Source: an uncultured Gammaproteobacteria bacterium (GTDB lineage: Bacteria > Pseudomonadota > Gammaproteobacteria > CAWCPV01). Taken from it: DNA of 64,000 nt. This document shows positions 1 to 12,183 of the stretch, one piece after another; positions within the stretch are counted from its first letter, which is position 1; each line of letters opens with the position of its first letter. The stretch covers positions 128,001-192,000 of the forward strand of contig CAWCPV010000007.1 in NCBI GenBank assembly GCA_963797555.1. The letters are read 5' to 3'. The notes under the pieces are model-generated. The model was not told the origin of the DNA. It made no database searches and saw nothing but the letters and a program-made list of their open reading frames with translations. The translations under genes and the position numbers were made by a program.

Positions 1-377
1 CCGGCCTGGTCGGCCTCGATCTGATTCAGCATCTTCATGGCCTCGATGATGCAGAGGGTCTGGCCGACCTCCACGCGTTGTCCTTCCTCGACGAAGGCTT
101 TGGCTCCAGGGGCGGGAGCACAGTAGAACGTTCCCACCATCGGCGAGGTCACTTGGTGCCCGGGCGGAATGGATTCCTCCTGCGTCTCCTCGGGCGGCGG
201 CGGGTAGTCGCCCGTAACCGAAGTGCTGGGCGGCGGCTGGGCAATAAAGGGTGCAAATGGCGCCTGCGGCGAGCGCCGCGATAGACGCACCATTGCTTCG
301 CCCTCCTTCATCTCTATCTCGACGATGTCCGAGTCCTGCATCAGCTCGATCAGCTTGCGCAGCTTCCGAATGTCCAT
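1..377 (-). CDS. accB: Biotin carboxyl carrier protein of acetyl-CoA carboxylase (3' end outside window)
   Basis: Manual translation from ATG at 377: [27 protein letters not shown]...SPMVGTFY...[11 protein letters not shown] (biotinylation motif); start overlaps aroQ stop. Confidence 0.95.
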   Translation of the reverse strand, partial: MDIRKLRKLIELMQDSDIVEIEMKEGEAMVRLSRRSPQAPFAPFIAQPPPSTSVTGDYPPPPEETQEESIPPGHQVTSPMVGTFYCAPAPGAKAFVEEGQRVEVGQTLCIIEAMKMLNQIEADQA

Positions 378-847
378 CAAGGGGCTTCCTGCTTGTCATG
401 CTTGCCGTTGTCCGCCAAACGGGTGATGGCCGCCCGCAGGGCGAGTTCGTAGCCGATTGGCCCGAGCCCAGTGATCACACCGACCGCGATGTCGGAAAGG
501 TAGGAGGGATGGCGAAACGGCTCTCGCCGATAGATGTTTGAGATGTGGATCTCTATGAACGGGATGGCTACTCCGAGGAGGGCATCGCGCAATGCAATAC
601 TGGTGTGGGTAAAAGCGGCCGCGTTGATGAGGATGAAAGCGACGCCCTCCTCGGAGGCGGCATGGATGCGCTCGATCAGTTCATGCTCGGCGTTCGTCTG
701 AAAGGCTTTCAGGCTATGACCTGAGGCTCGGGCTACCTCCTCGAGGCGACGATTGATCGCATCCAGGGTCAGCATGCCGTAAAGCTCCGGCTCGCGCCGA
801 CCTAAGAGGTTCAGGTTCGGTCCGTGTAATACCCAGACCGTTGCCAT
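377..847 (-). CDS. aroQ: Type II 3-dehydroquinate dehydratase
   Basis: [43 protein letters not shown] motifs; aroQ-accB synteny. Confidence 0.96.
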   Translation of the reverse strand: MATVWVLHGPNLNLLGRREPELYGMLTLDAINRRLEEVARASGHSLKAFQTNAEHELIERIHAASEEGVAFILINAAAFTHTSIALRDALLGVAIPFIEIHISNIYRREPFRHPSYLSDIAVGVITGLGPIGYELALRAAITRLADNGKHDKQEAP

Positions 848-1095
848 CTAGCTTGGGTGGTCTGGGCGGGGAAATTCGCGGGGCGCCTCGTGCACCTTCG
901 GGAACCTCTGAATGTCTCGTGGAATGGGAATCGCGAGAGGCCCCCCAGGCATCGCCCGCAGCAGGCGTTCCGCTAGGCCCTGCTTGGACCGGCGACCATG
1001 TCCCAGAGCAGCAACGCAGATCTTGCACAAAAGGACGAAACTTGTCCAGAACGTTCACGATTTAGCCTCGTTCCATGCTCGTGGGCCGCACTTTC

Positions 1096-1671
1096 TTACA
1101 GAAGAGGCAGCAGGAGCTTCTCAGCCTGCCGACTCGACAGTTCGCCGACCTGAACGTGGGCGACGCGCGCTTGGCGGTCAACGATCGCGGTGAAGGGCAA
1201 GACGCCTAGGGCGTTGCCCAACCGCTCCGAGAGCTGTATCGCATCCTGGTTACCGACGAGCACCGGGTAGTTGATATCCCTCCCATGCATGAACTCTTGC
1301 ACCTGGGCCAAGTCGTCGATGGCGATGCCGATGAACTGCAGCCCACGGCTGCCGTAGCGCTTCTGGAGCTGGACGAAGCTCGGGATTTCCTTAAGGCATG
1401 GGGGGCACCATGTGGCCCAGAAGTTGAGGACCACGACCTTGCCCAGCCACTCGTGGGCCGTGTGCGGTCTCCCTTGAGTATCGCGCAGCGCGAAGTCTGG
1501 GAGGGCCTCCCCCACGACGGCTCGCCCATCAGTCGCTGACCCTTCGTGCTGCCGCTGTTGCAAGAGATAGCCGCCCGCCGCACCCAATGCGACCACGGCT
1601 ATCAGCAGCGATGCCAGGCGTGCCCGAGGCAAACGACAGCTACCCGAGAGCCGAACGCACCAAGAGGGCAA
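1096..1671 (-). CDS. TlpA/ResA-like thiol:disulfide oxidoreductase
   Basis: N-terminal TM helix, VVLNFWATWCPPC; follows dsbD; exact start uncertain. Confidence 0.9.
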   Translation of the reverse strand: MPSWCVRLSGSCRLPRARLASLLIAVVALGAAGGYLLQQRQHEGSATDGRAVVGEALPDFALRDTQGRPHTAHEWLGKVVVLNFWATWCPPCLKEIPSFVQLQKRYGSRGLQFIGIAIDDLAQVQEFMHGRDINYPVLVGNQDAIQLSERLGNALGVLPFTAIVDRQARVAHVQVGELSSRQAEKLLLPLL

Positions 1672-3860
1672 ACCGGTCTGGACCGAGGTAGCCCACCAGG
1701 CGATGCTGGCGGCTTTCCTCGCCGTTTGCCCTGTAGAACAGGGTGGCGGGTGGTCCGATAAGCTCCAGGCGCTTGAGCAGAGCCTTGTCTTGGGGGTCGT
1801 TTGCGGTCACGTCGGCCTGCAGCAGAAGCACCCCCGACAACGTCCGGCGCACTGCCGGGTCTGAAAACGTGTACTTCTCCATGCGCTTGCACTCGATACA
1901 CCAATCCGCGTAGAAATCCAGTATTGCCGGCTGGTTACGTGACTTTGCCGCGGCCAGCTCCCGCTGTAAGTCGTCTATGGTCTTGATGCGCTGGAAGGCA
2001 AGGTGCGTGACGGCCGGTGCGTCTGCACTCCCTTTGCCGAGACCTGTCAAGGGACGCCACACATCTTCTCCGCCCATAGCTGCTCCGACGAGCAGGACCG
2101 AACCGTACAGCAGGGACATCCACCCGATACCTTTCCACAGCTTGCGCCAGCCACTTCCGCCACGTATCGGTTCCAGGGCGCCGAGGTAGACACCGCAAAC
2201 CACCAGCAGCGCTCCCCACAGCGCGAGACTGATCGCAGGGGGGACGATGCGCTCGAGCGTCCAGATCGCGAGTCCGAGCAGAACCACTCCGAACACCGCC
2301 TTGACGCTGTCCATCCATGGACCCGCCTTCGGGAGCAGCTTGCCTGCCGAGGCCCCCACCGCGAGCAGTGGAGTCCCCCATACCCAGACTCATGGCGAAC
2401 AAGGCCGTACCGCCGAGCACGGCGTCGCCGCTGTGACCGATGTAGATAAGCGCACCGGCCAGGGGCGGCGCAACGCAGGGGCCCACGATGAGAGCGGAAA
2501 GGAACCCCATCAGCGCGACCCCCATTGATGAGCCGCCGCGCTGACGGCTACTGAGCTGAGTCAGCTTGCTCTGCCAATCGCTTGGAAGCTGGAGTTCATA
2601 GAAGCCGAACATGGACAACGCGAGGAGCACGAAGACGACGCTGAAGGTGCCCAACAGCCACGGATTCTGGAACGTCGCCTGCAGGTTTTCCCCGAACAAG
2701 CCAGCGACCACCCCCGCCGCCGTGTAGGTGATCGCCATGGCGAGCACGTATACGACCGATAACGACAAGGCGCGCGCCATGGTGATGCCGCGGCCTTGGC
2801 CTACGATGATACTGGACAGGATGGGTATCATGGGGAACACACAAGGTGTAAACGCCAGCAGCAGGCCGAAGAGGAAGAACGAAGCCAGCACCAGGGGGGT
2901 GCTCCCGCTCGCGAGGGAGCCCGCGATCCGGTCCTGTTCTGGCAAAGGTGTAGCGACCCCGGCGGTCGGGGTTGGGGGCTTCGACGCTGCGGCGGCGGGT
3001 AAGGAGAAGGATGCCTCTTTCGTGATGGGCGGATAACAGAGGCCTGCCTCCGCGCAGCCCTGGTAGGTGATCTTCAGGGTGAGCGGCGTGCTGGCCGTCG
3101 CTGCGCCGCTTCGGATCAAGGGAATGCGTACCTGCAGATGGTGATGGTAAACCTCGGTGTCCCCGAGAAACTCGTCGTGCTTGGTCTCGCCCACTGGCAT
3201 CTCGACGCGGCCCAGCTCCACGTTGGGTGCGTCGACGGCTTGGAGCTTCAGCCGGTCCCGATAGAGGTAGTAGCCGTCCGCGATCTCCCACCGTGCCAGA
3301 AGCGCATTGGGCCCTGCCAGCTCCGTGGAGAGAACGAAAGCCTGGTCGGGATCCAGGAAGTCGCGTTGCTCGCTTCCGAGTCCCAGCTTGTGTCCGAGGT
3401 TTTGGAGGGAGACCGGGGCTTCTTCTGGGCGGCTGGCCTCGGCGAGGACCAGACCGACCCGCTCGGTCGAGGCCGGATAGCAGACGTCAAGGTCGGCGCA
3501 GCCCTGGTACCTCACGCTGATGGCGAGGGGTGCCCCTGACCGCCCACCCTGAACCGGCGCTTCTAGCGAGAAGCGGTGCGGGTCGGTCTCTACCTCCCGA
3601 AGCGTCTTGTCCTTCGTCATCGCCCCCCCCGGCATCCGAGTGTCTGCCAGGCTCATGCCTTGGGTCGATGATGACAAATTGAGATGCTTTCCGTGCGGGT
3701 AGTACCCGTCGCCGACGACCCAGTCCGCTCGCACTGCACGGGCGTGGTCGGCTTGCGCATGGAACCGGAAAGCTTGGCCCGGCTCCAGGACATTCTGTGC
3801 CTGCGCCGACCCGGCAACCCAGGGACAAAGCAGCAACGGGGCAAGCAGCAGCCTCATCAA
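1640..3860 (-). CDS. dsbD: Thiol:disulfide interchange protein DsbD (apparent frameshift at ~2377, G5 run)
   Basis: ORF 1935-3860 has two YQGCA..CYP alpha domains and FTPCVFPMIPI/VGPCVAPPL TM motifs; ORF 1640-2359 has DFYADWCIECK thioredoxin; removing one G joins them (SLGMGTPLLAVG). Confidence 0.92.
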
Positions 3861-3873
3861 GACTTGTGCTCCC

Positions 3874-4245
3874 TCACTTCTCCATCACTTCCCGGATCCA
3901 ACTGAGGTAGGCCGGGGACCCGGCAGTGATAGGGACCGCGACCACTTCGGGAAGTTCGTAGGGGTGTAGCTCCAGCAAGCGGGCTTGCAGCGCGGTATAG
4001 GCGCGCACCTCAGACTTGCAGACGAGGAGATGCTCGGTGCCCCTTTCCACGTGTCCGTCCCACCAATAGACGGAACGGACGCCCGGAACGATGTTCACGC
4101 ATGCCGCAAGCCGTTGTTCGACGATGGTGCCGGCGATGCGCTCGGCAGTCTCCGCGTCGGGACAGTTGCATAGCACGATGTGAAAGGGTGTGGTGTCGAG
4201 CTCCATGACCGCATGCAGGTGTCTGCCGGGCGCAACGCTAAGCAT
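3874..4245 (-). CDS. cutA: Divalent-cation tolerance protein CutA
   Basis: LAACVNIVPGVRSVYWW, HPYELPEVVAVP; true start probably ATG at 4206. Confidence 0.93.
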   Translation of the reverse strand: MLSVAPGRHLHAVMELDTTPFHIVLCNCPDAETAERIAGTIVEQRLAACVNIVPGVRSVYWWDGHVERGTEHLLVCKSEVRAYTALQARLLELHPYELPEVVAVPITAGSPAYLSWIREVMEK

Positions 4246-4451
4246 ACCAGGCTAGCAGTTTTCGATGCGTGGTGTCTTTAGGAGTGGGCAAGCGCTGGCA
4301 GCGCCGCTCCTGCGGCTTTGCCGGGGCGGCCCCAAGTGCGAAGTGACATAGTATCCAGTCCGGATAGCGGGAGAAGACACGAGCCCAAGAAGGTCGGTGG
4401 ATGATAAGTTTCAGTAGCTAATCCATAAAAAAATAATATGGCGCGCGGCCC

Positions 4452-4479
4452 TTGACTCCGTCGCTTTCGGTCCTATCAT
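4452..4479 (+). promoter_or_regulatory. Putative groESL promoter (TTGACT-16-TATCAT; also sigma32-like CCCTTGA...CCTATC)
   Basis: Hexamers at 4452-4457 and 4474-4479, directly abutting CIRCE. Confidence 0.55.
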
Positions 4480-4505
4480 TAGCACTCGCGTAAGCTGAGT
4501 GCTAA
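4479..4505. promoter_or_regulatory. CIRCE element (HrcA operator)
   Basis: Perfect TTAGCACTC-N9-GAGTGCTAA upstream of groES. Confidence 0.97.
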
Positions 4506-4564
4506 CAGCATGGGCACAAAGCTTCATAACCCACGGTTCTCGTCAATTTGGATGGGAGGCATGT

Positions 4565-4855
4565 ATGAACCTGCGTCCGTTGCATGATCGCGTGATCATC
4601 AAGCGTTTGGAGGAAGAGCGTAGGTCCGCTGGCGGCATCGTGATCCCCGACACCGCGGCTGAGAAGCCGATTCGTGGCGAGGTGATGGCTGTCGGAAACG
4701 GCAAGATCCTTGAAGATGGCAGTGTACGGCCTCTCGCCGTCAAGGTCGGCGACAAGGTGCTGTTCGGCAAGTATGCCGGGACCGAGGTCAAGGTTGAGGG
4801 TGAAGAGCTATTGGTGATGCGCGAAGAAGACATCATGGCGGTCATCGAGGGCTGA
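4565..4855 (+). CDS. groES: Co-chaperonin GroES
   Basis: [14 protein letters not shown]...[13 protein letters not shown]; RBS GGGAGG. Confidence 0.98.
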   Translation: MNLRPLHDRVIIKRLEEERRSAGGIVIPDTAAEKPIRGEVMAVGNGKILEDGSVRPLAVKVGDKVLFGKYAGTEVKVEGEELLVMREEDIMAVIEG

Positions 4856-4888
4856 ATGACGTTACGCGTACCTAAAGCGGCTGAATAG

Positions 4889-6544
<1,656 letters not shown>

Positions 6545-6570
6545 TGTAACGTCAGTTCGAGCTGTGGTAC

Positions 6571-6605
6571 AGGCCCTACCCGAGCAGGGTAGGGCCTTAT
6601 TTTTT
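6571..6605 (+). terminator. Rho-independent terminator of groESL
   Basis: Stem AGGCCCTACCC / GGGTAGGGCCT, 5-nt loop, followed by TATTTTTT. Confidence 0.9.
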
Positions 6606-6675
6606 GGGCACTTCTGCATGGTGCCGGTTCGCCGTTCGTGTTGCGCCCCCTGCCGGCAGCCGAGGATGCATTCGA

Positions 6676-9633
6676 ATGGTCCCGCCGCCCGAGCCTCCGT
6701 CCCGCAGACCGACTCTGCTCCCGCTGTCCCCGGTGCGGATTCCCGGCGTGCTACGCGCCCGCGTCGAACGCTATCAAGAAGACTTCCTGCGGGCGTTGGA
6801 GGAGCACGGGCTGGCAGAGCCATCGGCGGACCTGGGGCCGGCCCTTCCGTACCTTTGGGCCTATAGCGACTTCCTGGCCCAGGCCGCTGTGCGCCAACCC
6901 GACCTCATCCTGTCCCTGTGGGAAAGCGGCGACGCGACGCGCCCTTACCGACCCGACGAGTACGCCCAGCGCTTGAAGCAGTCCCTGTCGGGGATACCGA
7001 ACGAGCCCGAGCTGGCACGGGCGCTACGCAGGTTTCGCCAGCGCGAAATGGTCCGCATCGGTTGGCGCGATCTTGCCGGCTGGTCGCCGCTCGAGGAGAC
7101 GATGCTCGAGCTTTCATGGCTGGCGGAAGCCGTTCTGGAAGCGTCCCTGGAACGGCTGTACCTGTGGTTCTCCCAGGAGTGGGGCCGCCCGATGGGAGAG
7201 AGCGGGAAAGAGCAGCAACTCGTCGTCGTGGCCCTGGGCAAGCTCGGCGCCTGGGAGCTGAACTTCTCCTCCGATGTCGACTTGGTCTTCGCTTACCCGG
7301 AAGAGGGCGAGACCGTTGGGGGAGCGCGACCCCTGACGGTCCACGAGTTCTTCACGCGGCTCGGGCAGCACCTCGTGCAGTTGCTGTCCACGCCCTCACC
7401 CGAGGGCCGAGTCTTTCGCATGGATATGCGGCTGCGTCCGTTTGGCGACAGCGGTCCGCTCGTGACGGGCTTTGACGCCATGGAGAGCTACTATCAAACG
7501 CATGGGCGGGACTGGGAGCGTTACGCCTGGGTCAAGGCGCGGCCGGTGGCAGGAGACCGGCGGGCCGGGGAACAGTTGATGAGCATCCTGCGGCCGTTCG
7601 TTTATCGGCGATATTTCGACTATGGTGCTTTCGAGTCTCTGCGGCAGATGAAGCAGCTCATTCGCCAGGAAGTGCGGCGCAAGGGACTGGAGGGCAATAT
7701 CAAGCTCGGCGCTGGAGGTATACGGGAGATCGAGTTCACCGCGCAGGTATTCCAGTTGGTGCGTGGAGGGAGGGTGCCCCAGCTCCGTGAGCAGCGCTTG
7801 CTGAGAGTGCTGCAGCTTCTCGCAAGCCGCGGCCACCTACCGCCCTCTGCGTGCCGAGAGCTGGCCGATGCTTATGTGTTTCTGCGCATGGTGGAGCACC
7901 GATTGCAGGAGGCCGGCGACCAGCAGACGCACGAGCTTCCCGAGGACGAGGTGCTGCGTGCGCAGTTGGCATGCAGTTTGGGGTTCGTCGACTGGGCTGC
8001 TTTCCGGCAGGTCCTAGACGGCCACCGTGCACGGGTCCAAAGACATTTTGAACAGGTGTTCGTTGACCCTCAAGGCGGAACGCCAGCTCAGAAGGAGGGG
8101 CGCCCGGCGGCCGCCTTCGCTGCCATCTGGGCAGGGTCTTTGGAAGGCCAAGATGCGGTCGACGCGCTGGAATCGGCGGGGTTCCTGCCGCCTGAAGAAT
8201 CTCTGGAGAGCTTGGTGCGGCTGCGCGAATCGCACAGCGTCCGTTCCCTGAGCGAAACGGGCAGAGAGCGGCTCGGCGTTCTGGTGCCATTGCTTATGGA
8301 TGTCTGTACTCGTCTCCCCACACCTCGCGCTGCCCTGACGCGTGTGCTGACTGTCGTAGAGACCGTCGCGCAGCGTACCGCTTATCTGGCGCTTCTTGTC
8401 GAGAGCTCCCTGGCGCTTTCCCATCTGGTGAAGCTATGCGCAGCCAGTCCCTGGATCACGCGGCTCGTGGCACTTCACCCCATTCTCCTGGACGATCTGT
8501 TAGACCCGAGAAGCCTCTACGCGCCCGTCCAGCGTGATGAGCTGAGCCGGGAGCTACGCGACGACCTGGAGGGGGTCGCTTTCGATGATCTGGAGCAGCA
8601 GATGGAGGTGCTGCGTCACTTCAAACAGTCGCAGGTGTTAAGTGTGGCAGCCGCCGACGTTATGGGGCTGCTCCCGTTGGCGAAGGTGAGCGACCACCTG
8701 AGCGACGTCGCGGAGATCATCCTGGAGCAAGTGCTGACGCTGGCCTGGGAGCACACGGCGCGGCGTCACGGCAGGCCCACTTACGGACAAGACGGCGGAC
8801 GTAAGGGAGCGGACTTTGCCATCGTGGCTTACGGTAAGCTCGGTGGCCGCGAACTCGGATACGGCTCGGACCTGGACCTCGTGTTCCTGCACGACAGCAT
8901 GGGTCAGAACGAGGTGACCGACGGGGAGAGCCCGGTAGACAACCAACTGTTTTTCTCCCGACTTGCGAAGCGTATCATACACATCCTGACGGCCCACACC
9001 CCCTCGGGGGTCCTGTACGAGGTCGATACGCGCTTGCGGCCGGATGGCGGTGCCGGTCTGTTGGTGAGCAGCCTGAATGCTTTTGAGGAATATCAGCGCG
9101 GCCAGGCCTGGACCTGGGAGCATCAGGCGCTGATCCGTGCCCGCGCCGTGGCCGGCAAGGAGGGGGTGCGGAGCGCGTTCAGTGCGGTCCGCGACCGGGT
9201 TCTCAGGCAGCACCGCGAGCGGGCTTTGTTGCGTGAGCATGTGTGCGCCATGCGTGCTCGCATGCAGCGATCGCTCGCGAGCCGCGACCTCGGATATTTC
9301 GATCTGAAGCAGGATACGGGGGGGATCGTCGATATCGAGTTCATTACCCAGTTCGGTGTCCTGGCGTGGGCTCATGCCGAGCCTGCGCTGACGCATTATA
9401 CGGCTACTCTGCCCCTGCTTGAGGAGTTCGCCCGTCGCGGGCTCATGTCCCCGGAAGATACCCACAGACTGGGAGAGGCCTACCGGGCCTATCGTGGCCG
9501 ACTGCATGCACTGACGCTGCAGGGAGACCTCGCGCGCGTCAGCGGGGATGAATTCGCGGAGCACCGGGCGGCGGTCATGGCAGTCTGGCGCGGCCTGTTA
9601 ACGTGTGCGGCCTCAGAGGAGAATCCAGCATGA
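6676..9633 (+). CDS. glnE: Bifunctional glutamine synthetase adenylyltransferase/adenylyl-removing enzyme
   Basis: Two nucleotidyltransferase halves: GKLGAWELNFSSDVDL and GKLGGRELGYGSDLDL; start chosen at ATG 6676 after GAGG. Confidence 0.96.
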   Translation: MVPPPEPPSRRPTLLPLSPVRIPGVLRARVERYQEDFLRALEEHGLAEPSADLGPALPYLWAYSDFLAQAAVRQPDLILSLWESGDATRPYRPDEYAQRLKQSLSGIPNEPELARALRRFRQREMVRIGWRDLAGWSPLEETMLELSWLAEAVLEASLERLYLWFSQEWGRPMGESGKEQQLVVVALGKLGAWELNFSSDVDLVFAYPEEGETVGGARPLTVHEFFTRLGQHLVQLLSTPSPEGRVFRMDMRLRPFGDSGPLVTGFDAMESYYQTHGRDWERYAWVKARPVAGDRRAGEQLMSILRPFVYRRYFDYGAFESLRQMKQLIRQEVRRKGLEGNIKLGAGGIREIEFTAQVFQLVRGGRVPQLREQRLLRVLQLLASRGHLPPSACRELADAYVFLRMVEHRLQEAGDQQTHELPEDEVLRAQLACSLGFVDWAAFRQVLDGHRARVQRHFEQVFVDPQGGTPAQKEGRPAAAFAAIWAGSLEGQDAVDALESAGFLPPEESLESLVRLRESHSVRSLSETGRERLGVLVPLLMDVCTRLPTPRAALTRVLTVVETVAQRTAYLALLVESSLALSHLVKLCAASPWITRLVALHPILLDDLLDPRSLYAPVQRDELSRELRDDLEGVAFDDLEQQMEVLRHFKQSQVLSVAAADVMGLLPLAKVSDHLSDVAEIILEQVLTLAWEHTARRHGRPTYGQDGGRKGADFAIVAYGKLGGRELGYGSDLDLVFLHDSMGQNEVTDGESPVDNQLFFSRLAKRIIHILTAHTPSGVLYEVDTRLRPDGGAGLLVSSLNAFEEYQRGQAWTWEHQALIRARAVAGKEGVRSAFSAVRDRVLRQHRERALLREHVCAMRARMQRSLASRDLGYFDLKQDTGGIVDIEFITQFGVLAWAHAEPALTHYTATLPLLEEFARRGLMSPEDTHRLGEAYRAYRGRLHALTLQGDLARVSGDEFAEHRAAVMAVWRGLLTCAASEENPA

Positions 9634-10553
9634 GTATGGCGGACCGCGACGGGGTGATTTGGCTGGATGGGGCGCTGATCCCCTGGCGCGAGGCGCGGAT
9701 CCACGTGCTTACCCACACCCTGCACTACGGGATGGGGGTGTTCGAAGGCTTGAGAGCCTACCCTACCCCGCAGGGCACCGCCATATTTCGGCTGCACGCC
9801 CACACGGAGCGGCTATTCCGCTCGGCACACATTTTAGGTATGGCGATCCCGTACGATCGGGAGACGATCGATGGGGCGTGCCGTGCGGTCGTCCGCGAGA
9901 ACGGTCTTGACTCCGCCTACATCCGGCCCTTGTGCTTTTACGGAGCGGAGGGGATGGGACTGCGCGCGGACAACCTGCGCGTGCACGTCGCGGTGGCCGC
10001 TTGGTCTTGGGGCTCCTACCTCGGAGCCGAGGGTCTCGAGAAGGGGATCCGGGTCAAGGCGTCGTCCTATACCCGGCATCACGTGAACATCACCATGTGC
10101 AAGGCGAAGGCAACGGGCAACTATATGAATTCGATGCTGGCACTTCACGAGGCATTGGCCTGCGGTGCGGACGAGGCATTGCTCCTTGACGTGGAGGGCT
10201 ACGTGGCGGAAGGCAGTGGGGAGAACATCTTCATCGCACGCAATGGCGTCCTGCATACCCCCGATCTCACGTCCGCGCTCGATGGGATTACGCGCGACGC
10301 GGTGTTCACCCTGGCGCGCGAAGTGGGTATCGAGGTGCGCGAAAGGCGTATCACGCGCGACGAGGTCTATGTCGCGGAGGAGGCGTTCTTTACCGGCACT
10401 GCCGCCGAAGTGACCCCCATCCGAGAGGTGGATCGCAGGATCATCGGCAACGGCACGCGCGGACCCATCACCGAACAGTTGCAGGCCATGTACTTCGACC
10501 AAGTGCATGGCCGTCGTCGTGAGCACTCCGAATGGCTGTCGCCGGTGGGTTAG
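9630..10553 (+). CDS. ilvE: Branched-chain amino acid aminotransferase
   Basis: HTLHYGMGVFEG, AKATGNY (PLP lysine), EGSGENIF, FTGTAAEV; ATGA overlap with glnE. Confidence 0.97.
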   Translation: MSMADRDGVIWLDGALIPWREARIHVLTHTLHYGMGVFEGLRAYPTPQGTAIFRLHAHTERLFRSAHILGMAIPYDRETIDGACRAVVRENGLDSAYIRPLCFYGAEGMGLRADNLRVHVAVAAWSWGSYLGAEGLEKGIRVKASSYTRHHVNITMCKAKATGNYMNSMLALHEALACGADEALLLDVEGYVAEGSGENIFIARNGVLHTPDLTSALDGITRDAVFTLAREVGIEVRERRITRDEVYVAEEAFFTGTAAEVTPIREVDRRIIGNGTRGPITEQLQAMYFDQVHGRRREHSEWLSPVG

Positions 10554-10603
10554 GATCCTCGGTACTCTGGGACGGATCGCAGCCGAGGAGCCCAGGAGTG
10601 ACC

Positions 10604-10816
10604 ATGACGCAACAACAGGCGGAGACTCCGCTCGCCACCACCTGCTGCATGAAGACCCGCTACGAGGTGACGCGGGCCGACATCCCGGTGCACTGCCCGA
10701 CCGACGAGATGAGCCTCTGGAACGGCCACCCCTGCGTCTATATCCCGCTGGAGGAAGTTGGAGATGAAGGGCGCTGCCCGTACTGCAGCGCGGTGTACGT
10801 GCTGGTGGATGGATGA
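10604..10816 (+). CDS. Small zinc-finger protein (zf-CHCC family)
   Basis: HCP..EMSLWNGHPCVYIP...CPYCS; usual neighbour of ilvE; RBS AGGAG. Confidence 0.85.
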   Translation: MTQQQAETPLATTCCMKTRYEVTRADIPVHCPTDEMSLWNGHPCVYIPLEEVGDEGRCPYCSAVYVLVDG

Positions 10817-10964
10817 TGGCGGCGGGTATTCAGCGGTGTTCGATCCTGGACATGCCTCCCGGATTCTCTTGCCTCTCTGACCGCTGCGAACGCGCCAAAG
10901 CAACGTCCCGAGATTTATACGGGGAGCCTCGACCAAGGGCTCCGTAGGGATGTGACTCAAGCTG

Positions 10965-10981
10965 TCAGAACGAGTATCCGA
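10965..10981. repeat. Left att core TCAGAACGAGTATCCGA
   Basis: Identical to 21224-21240 (last codons G-Y-S-F-stop of the sulfotransferase). Confidence 0.9.
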
Positions 10982-11095
10982 GGTAAGCCAATAACCGACA
11001 ACAATGGTCAACACTAGACAGTCAGCTTTTCAATGCCTTACCCTGTTCTAGCTGCTGTCTCGTGTTGGCGAAAATTGACCGAAATTGAGCCCAAT

Positions 11096-11113
11096 TGTCC
11101 CGCCAGTGTCCCA
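11096..11113 (+). repeat. Putative integrase arm-type site TGTCCCGCCAGTGTCCCA, copy 1
   Basis: Identical to 21163-21180; contains tandem TGTCCC. Confidence 0.7.
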
Positions 11114-11151
11114 CGGCATCGGCCGGAAAGCCGCGTCATTGATGGCACATG

Positions 11152-11440
11152 TCAGAATCGTCCGGGTCCGGGGCGCCTAGGCTCGACGCCATGTATGACC
11201 CACTCGCCGGTGAGCTGGACCGGGCCGCCGTCGCCGGCAAGCTCAACCCGCTCCGTCGCCTTGCCCCAGCCCCGCTCGATGACGAACTGAGCCGCCGCCA
11301 ACCTCACCCGGTCGTTTGAACTCTCGCGCATGAGGGTTTCCACCACAACGAGGGCTTCGGAGGTCTTTGCCCGGCACGCCTCCGCGAGGCTCACTTCTTC
11401 CTCGGTCCGCTTCGGCCGCCCGCCCGGATTTGCCCGACAC
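11152..11440 (-). pseudogene. C-terminal part of a DUF5681-like / small-terminase-like phage protein
   Basis: (VSG)NPGGRPKRTEEEVSLAEACRAKT...RVRLAAAQFVIERGWGKATERVELAGDGGPV; N-terminus missing here. Confidence 0.6.
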
Positions 11441-12183
11441 CCGCGCTATGGCTCGCCGGGCAGAAAGCGGGATAAATCGTGAAACTTTTATCCCGGTTTG
11501 CGCGCGCAAGAGCTTAGCTAACGGGTTGTCTTTGTTGTGTTTGGCGCCTTGTCCGAGCTTGACGCGAAACCGGGACAATTCGCGACACAGCGTGCTCGGT
11601 TCGACATCCGCGTTCGGGTACTTGCTTTGAAACGCGCGGTGGAAGTCGACCTCGGTGCATTGAATGTGCATGGTGTGGCGACAGCCGTTGCCACAACGTC
11701 TCTTCCTCCATTCCAGCACTAAACCCTGCTCAGACACTTCACGGTCTATGAGGTCGATGAAGCCTCCCAGGTCTCGACGCCAAGCCTTGGCCTTCTCACT
11801 CCTGGCTTGGTTCGCCCGACCGGTGCGCTTGACCGGCGGCTGGCCCCCGTCGGCCGGCTCCTTCAGCGCTTCAGGCCCGAACTCATTCAAGAGCAGCGAA
11901 TCAACCTTACCCTCCTCGAACATTCCTTCTTCAAGGCGCAAAAACTTGCCTTCCACACGGCGCGGCCGAATCATGCCGGACGCGTGATGGTAGGCTATCA
12001 GCCGCTGCGCTTCGAACTCCCGTTCCAGCACAGCGCGCGGGTTGCGGTGCTTGGGCAAGCGCTCTAGCGCCTGGTCCCAGGTCAAATAGCGTCCGCTGGG
12101 GTTACGTTCGAAACCGGCGTGGAAGGCGGGGTCGAACGCTTCGGCCTCGGCCCGGCGGAAACGGAAATGCTGTAGGCTGTCTA
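11441..12183 (-). pseudogene. Hypothetical phage-like protein, 5'-truncated by IS630
   Basis: Reading frame stays open from the IS630 CTAG boundary (LDSLQHFRFRR...YLTWDQALERLP...) with no own start; 3' end runs into the DUF5681-like remnant. Confidence 0.5.

Noticed and set aside
10923-10943. Hairpin GGAGCC-N9-GGCTCC as terminator of the convergent operons
   Set aside because: Only a 6-bp stem and no U-tract on either strand
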